Below, piece after piece: positions 61,681-64,000 of a stretch of DNA of 64,000 nucleotides. The notes beneath the pieces are model-generated. The model did not search any database and was not told the origin of the DNA. It saw only the letters and a program-made list of their open reading frames with translations. Source of the DNA: Lama glama (Eukaryota); the NCBI GenBank assembly GCA_028534125.1, contig CM052818.1, forward strand, positions 3,970,001 to 4,034,000, read 5' to 3'. Positions within the stretch are counted from its first letter, which is position 1; every line of letters starts with the position of its first letter. The position numbers and the translations under genes are program-made.

Positions 61681-64000
61681 CTCCATTTTCGGTATCTGTG
61701 CCATGACCCGGCATACCAGGAAGCCTTTTGGAATATCTGCCTGGTTAGCAAGGCGTTTTGACAGGGAGTTGATCTGACTCACCGTTTGTTGAAGTTGAAG
61801 ATATCAAAACAAACTCAGTATGATTTATGACACCTTCAGGTCCAGTTGAAGCCATGGGTGTGGGTATTTTACATATTGATCGTATTCAGATTCAGAAAAA
61901 GAAAAATCCCTAAAACCAAACAAGACCACAACTGAGAAACTGTGGGCACCCTGGGCTTTGAGATAGCAGCTCCTGTAAGAATGTGGAAAGGTTTCCTCTT
62001 TGTACCTTTCCCTAAGCCACTGGAATGGTTTTTATTTTATTTTTATATTTTTTGAGGCTAAATCGGTGCTATTAGCTACTCCCACCAAACCTGTACCCTT
62101 TTCTGCAATCCTGAGCTCTCTCAATGATGGAACCATATACCTGGTTAGAAAACCCAGGGCTCTCTTTAGCCCTTTCTTCTTACCGCCACATCCAGTTAGT
62201 TTCTGAACCTCATCATTGCATCTCAGAATTGACTCTCAGCTCTGGTCTTGCCTGCAGCTTGTTTCCTCCGGACTTTATGATGGTTGTGTGATTGATCACC
62301 CTGGTTACCAGTCTCTCACAGTTGAGGGTGTTTTTCCCATTTTCCCTAAGGTTGTCTTTCTAAAGTACCTATGTAAGTAAACTGACTCTACCATGCTTAG
62401 AAACTTTCACTGGCAGCCTGCAAGATAAACTTCAAACTCATTGGAATGGCACAAAGGGTCCTTAATAATAAAGCTTCCAAAGCCGCTCCAGCTGTATCTC
62501 TCATTCTCTGCTACAAACCTACATTCCAGCCACCCCAGAGTTCCCCCTCTGGTGGGGATATTCAGGATGTTTCATGCCTCTGTCTTCACACATCTGTTTT
62601 CTCGCCCTGAAGTTTCAACCTCTTGCTATTCATTTTTCAAGGCTCAGATACCACTGCCTCTATCACATCTTTATAGCCTAGGGGGAAATTTCTTTCTTTC
62701 TTCCTGGAGCCATATAAGGAATCTCTGGCCTTTTATTTGCTTCTAGATAATTTAATTTTCAGAAATTATGTTAAAATAATTTTTAAAATATTCTCATCAG
62801 AAGCCAAGAGTAGATACTGTCACTCAGGCAAACAACTAAATGCTCAAAACAATCTTGGAGACTTATTAAAAGTTTTCATTTTTTCCCCCTGCTCTCTCCC
62901 ACAAATGGGAGCTAGTAAATCAAATTACTGAAGAGAAAAATCATTGTCTCATTAACCACTGATCTATAGATTGGCCCTAGGGAAACTTTCCTGAGCCCAT
63001 GATTGTCCTTTTAAGTGTGGATTGGGCTCAGAGGACCGGGTTACATGATTATAAAGCTTGATTCACTATGAACATCGCTTTCAAAATGTTGGTCTGGGTG
63101 GATTAGCGCAGCTGTGGTTAAAACTTTGTAATGTGTCCACAAATTTCTTCCAGATTTATTCTGTAGCTGCAGAAGATCAATAAGGCCGGGATGGTGTGCA
63201 GACCCGTGTGAAGAGGTCTTCATCTGCCTTAAGAACTGTCACATCACTGCAGAGTCAGGGTGGACGCATTGACGCCTTTACTCTCAGCCGTGGGTAGTTG
63301 CTTTGGCACACGGGTGCAGTGCCTACAGGGCTTTTTGCATGTTCCATCTTACCAAGGACTTGAGATTGACATATTTTCCACTGGTCTATGAAATGCTGGT
63401 CTGGAAGATGCTCATGACAAATAAAAGATACAGAGCTAGCTAGCTAGCTAGAGTTCAGGGTCCAATAATCTCCCTCATAGAGATTGACGACTCACATTCA
63501 TGTATCAAATGTTCTAAGGAAACTGTAAAGAAGTCTATGTCATGTTGTTTCAGCCATACTCTCCTAAACTTAATTGACTGTAGAACCCGGTTGTCTGTCC
63601 TTTTTCTTTTACTGATTTATTTTTCCTGACACCTATTCACATCCCTGGGGAGGGGACACCTTCCTTAGGGAAACAACTGTGCTGCCTCTGAGGATGCATC
63701 TCAGATTGGAAAAAAATTCTTCCTTTATATAGTGTTGTTATTTCAATGGCTCCAAAAATCAGAAGAACCTCTTCCTCTGTACTTTGTGTGGTCTGTATGA
63801 TTATGTTTGTATGTGTGTATGGAAGGGTCAACCCTGACCTCAACCCTAGTCTCATTTGAGGCCAAAAGTCATAAGGAAGTGTGAACAAGTCACTTGCTTC
63901 CTCCCACCCTGAGAGCTATGTTTTATCTATTTCTTGTCCTTTGAGATAAAGACAGGACATGCCAATGTGTTTTTGACACCTCCGTAGAACCTAGAATACG

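Noticed and set aside
63030..63300. Possible processed-pseudogene or exon fragment upstream of GKN1
   Set aside because: None of the frames I translated gave a recognisable protein, and it does not look like GKN2; blastx would be needed to reopen this.

Overview
Mammalian genomic DNA, probably from a camelid. That assignment is inferred from a Vic-1-like tRNA-derived SINE and cetartiodactyl-type L1 3' ends, and is not proven. Two protein-coding genes lie on the minus strand in the order known from the mammalian GKN1-ANTXR1 locus. (1) Gastrokine-1 (GKN1) is complete: 6 coding exons at 61551->57928, with a TATA box, a GATA site and an AATAAA signal. (2) Anthrax toxin receptor 1 (ANTXR1/TEM8) is present as its 5' part: CpG-island promoter and exons 1-3 at 38669-38518, 14982-14911 and 10686-10615, continuing beyond the left edge. 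The rest is intron and intergenic sequence rich in L1, L2, MIR, hAT MITEs and ERV/MaLR LTRs, with a 500-N assembly gap at 43315-43814. Nearly all entries in the ORF track are chance or repeat-derived. I found no wholly new multi-gene system. The best leads are: an apparent loss of the ancestral GKN1 exon-5 splice acceptor, rescued in frame by an AG 6 nt downstream (deleting Leu-Gln); an ERV LTR with a four-CCAAT array, octamer and TATA pointing antisense into the GKN1 3' end; a single 4-codon uORF in the ANTXR1 leader; and a tailless internal L1 ORF2 fragment with a hairpin at its junction. Repeat family names come from recognising consensus motifs by eye, and repeat boundaries are approximate unless TSDs or TG..CA ends are quoted.
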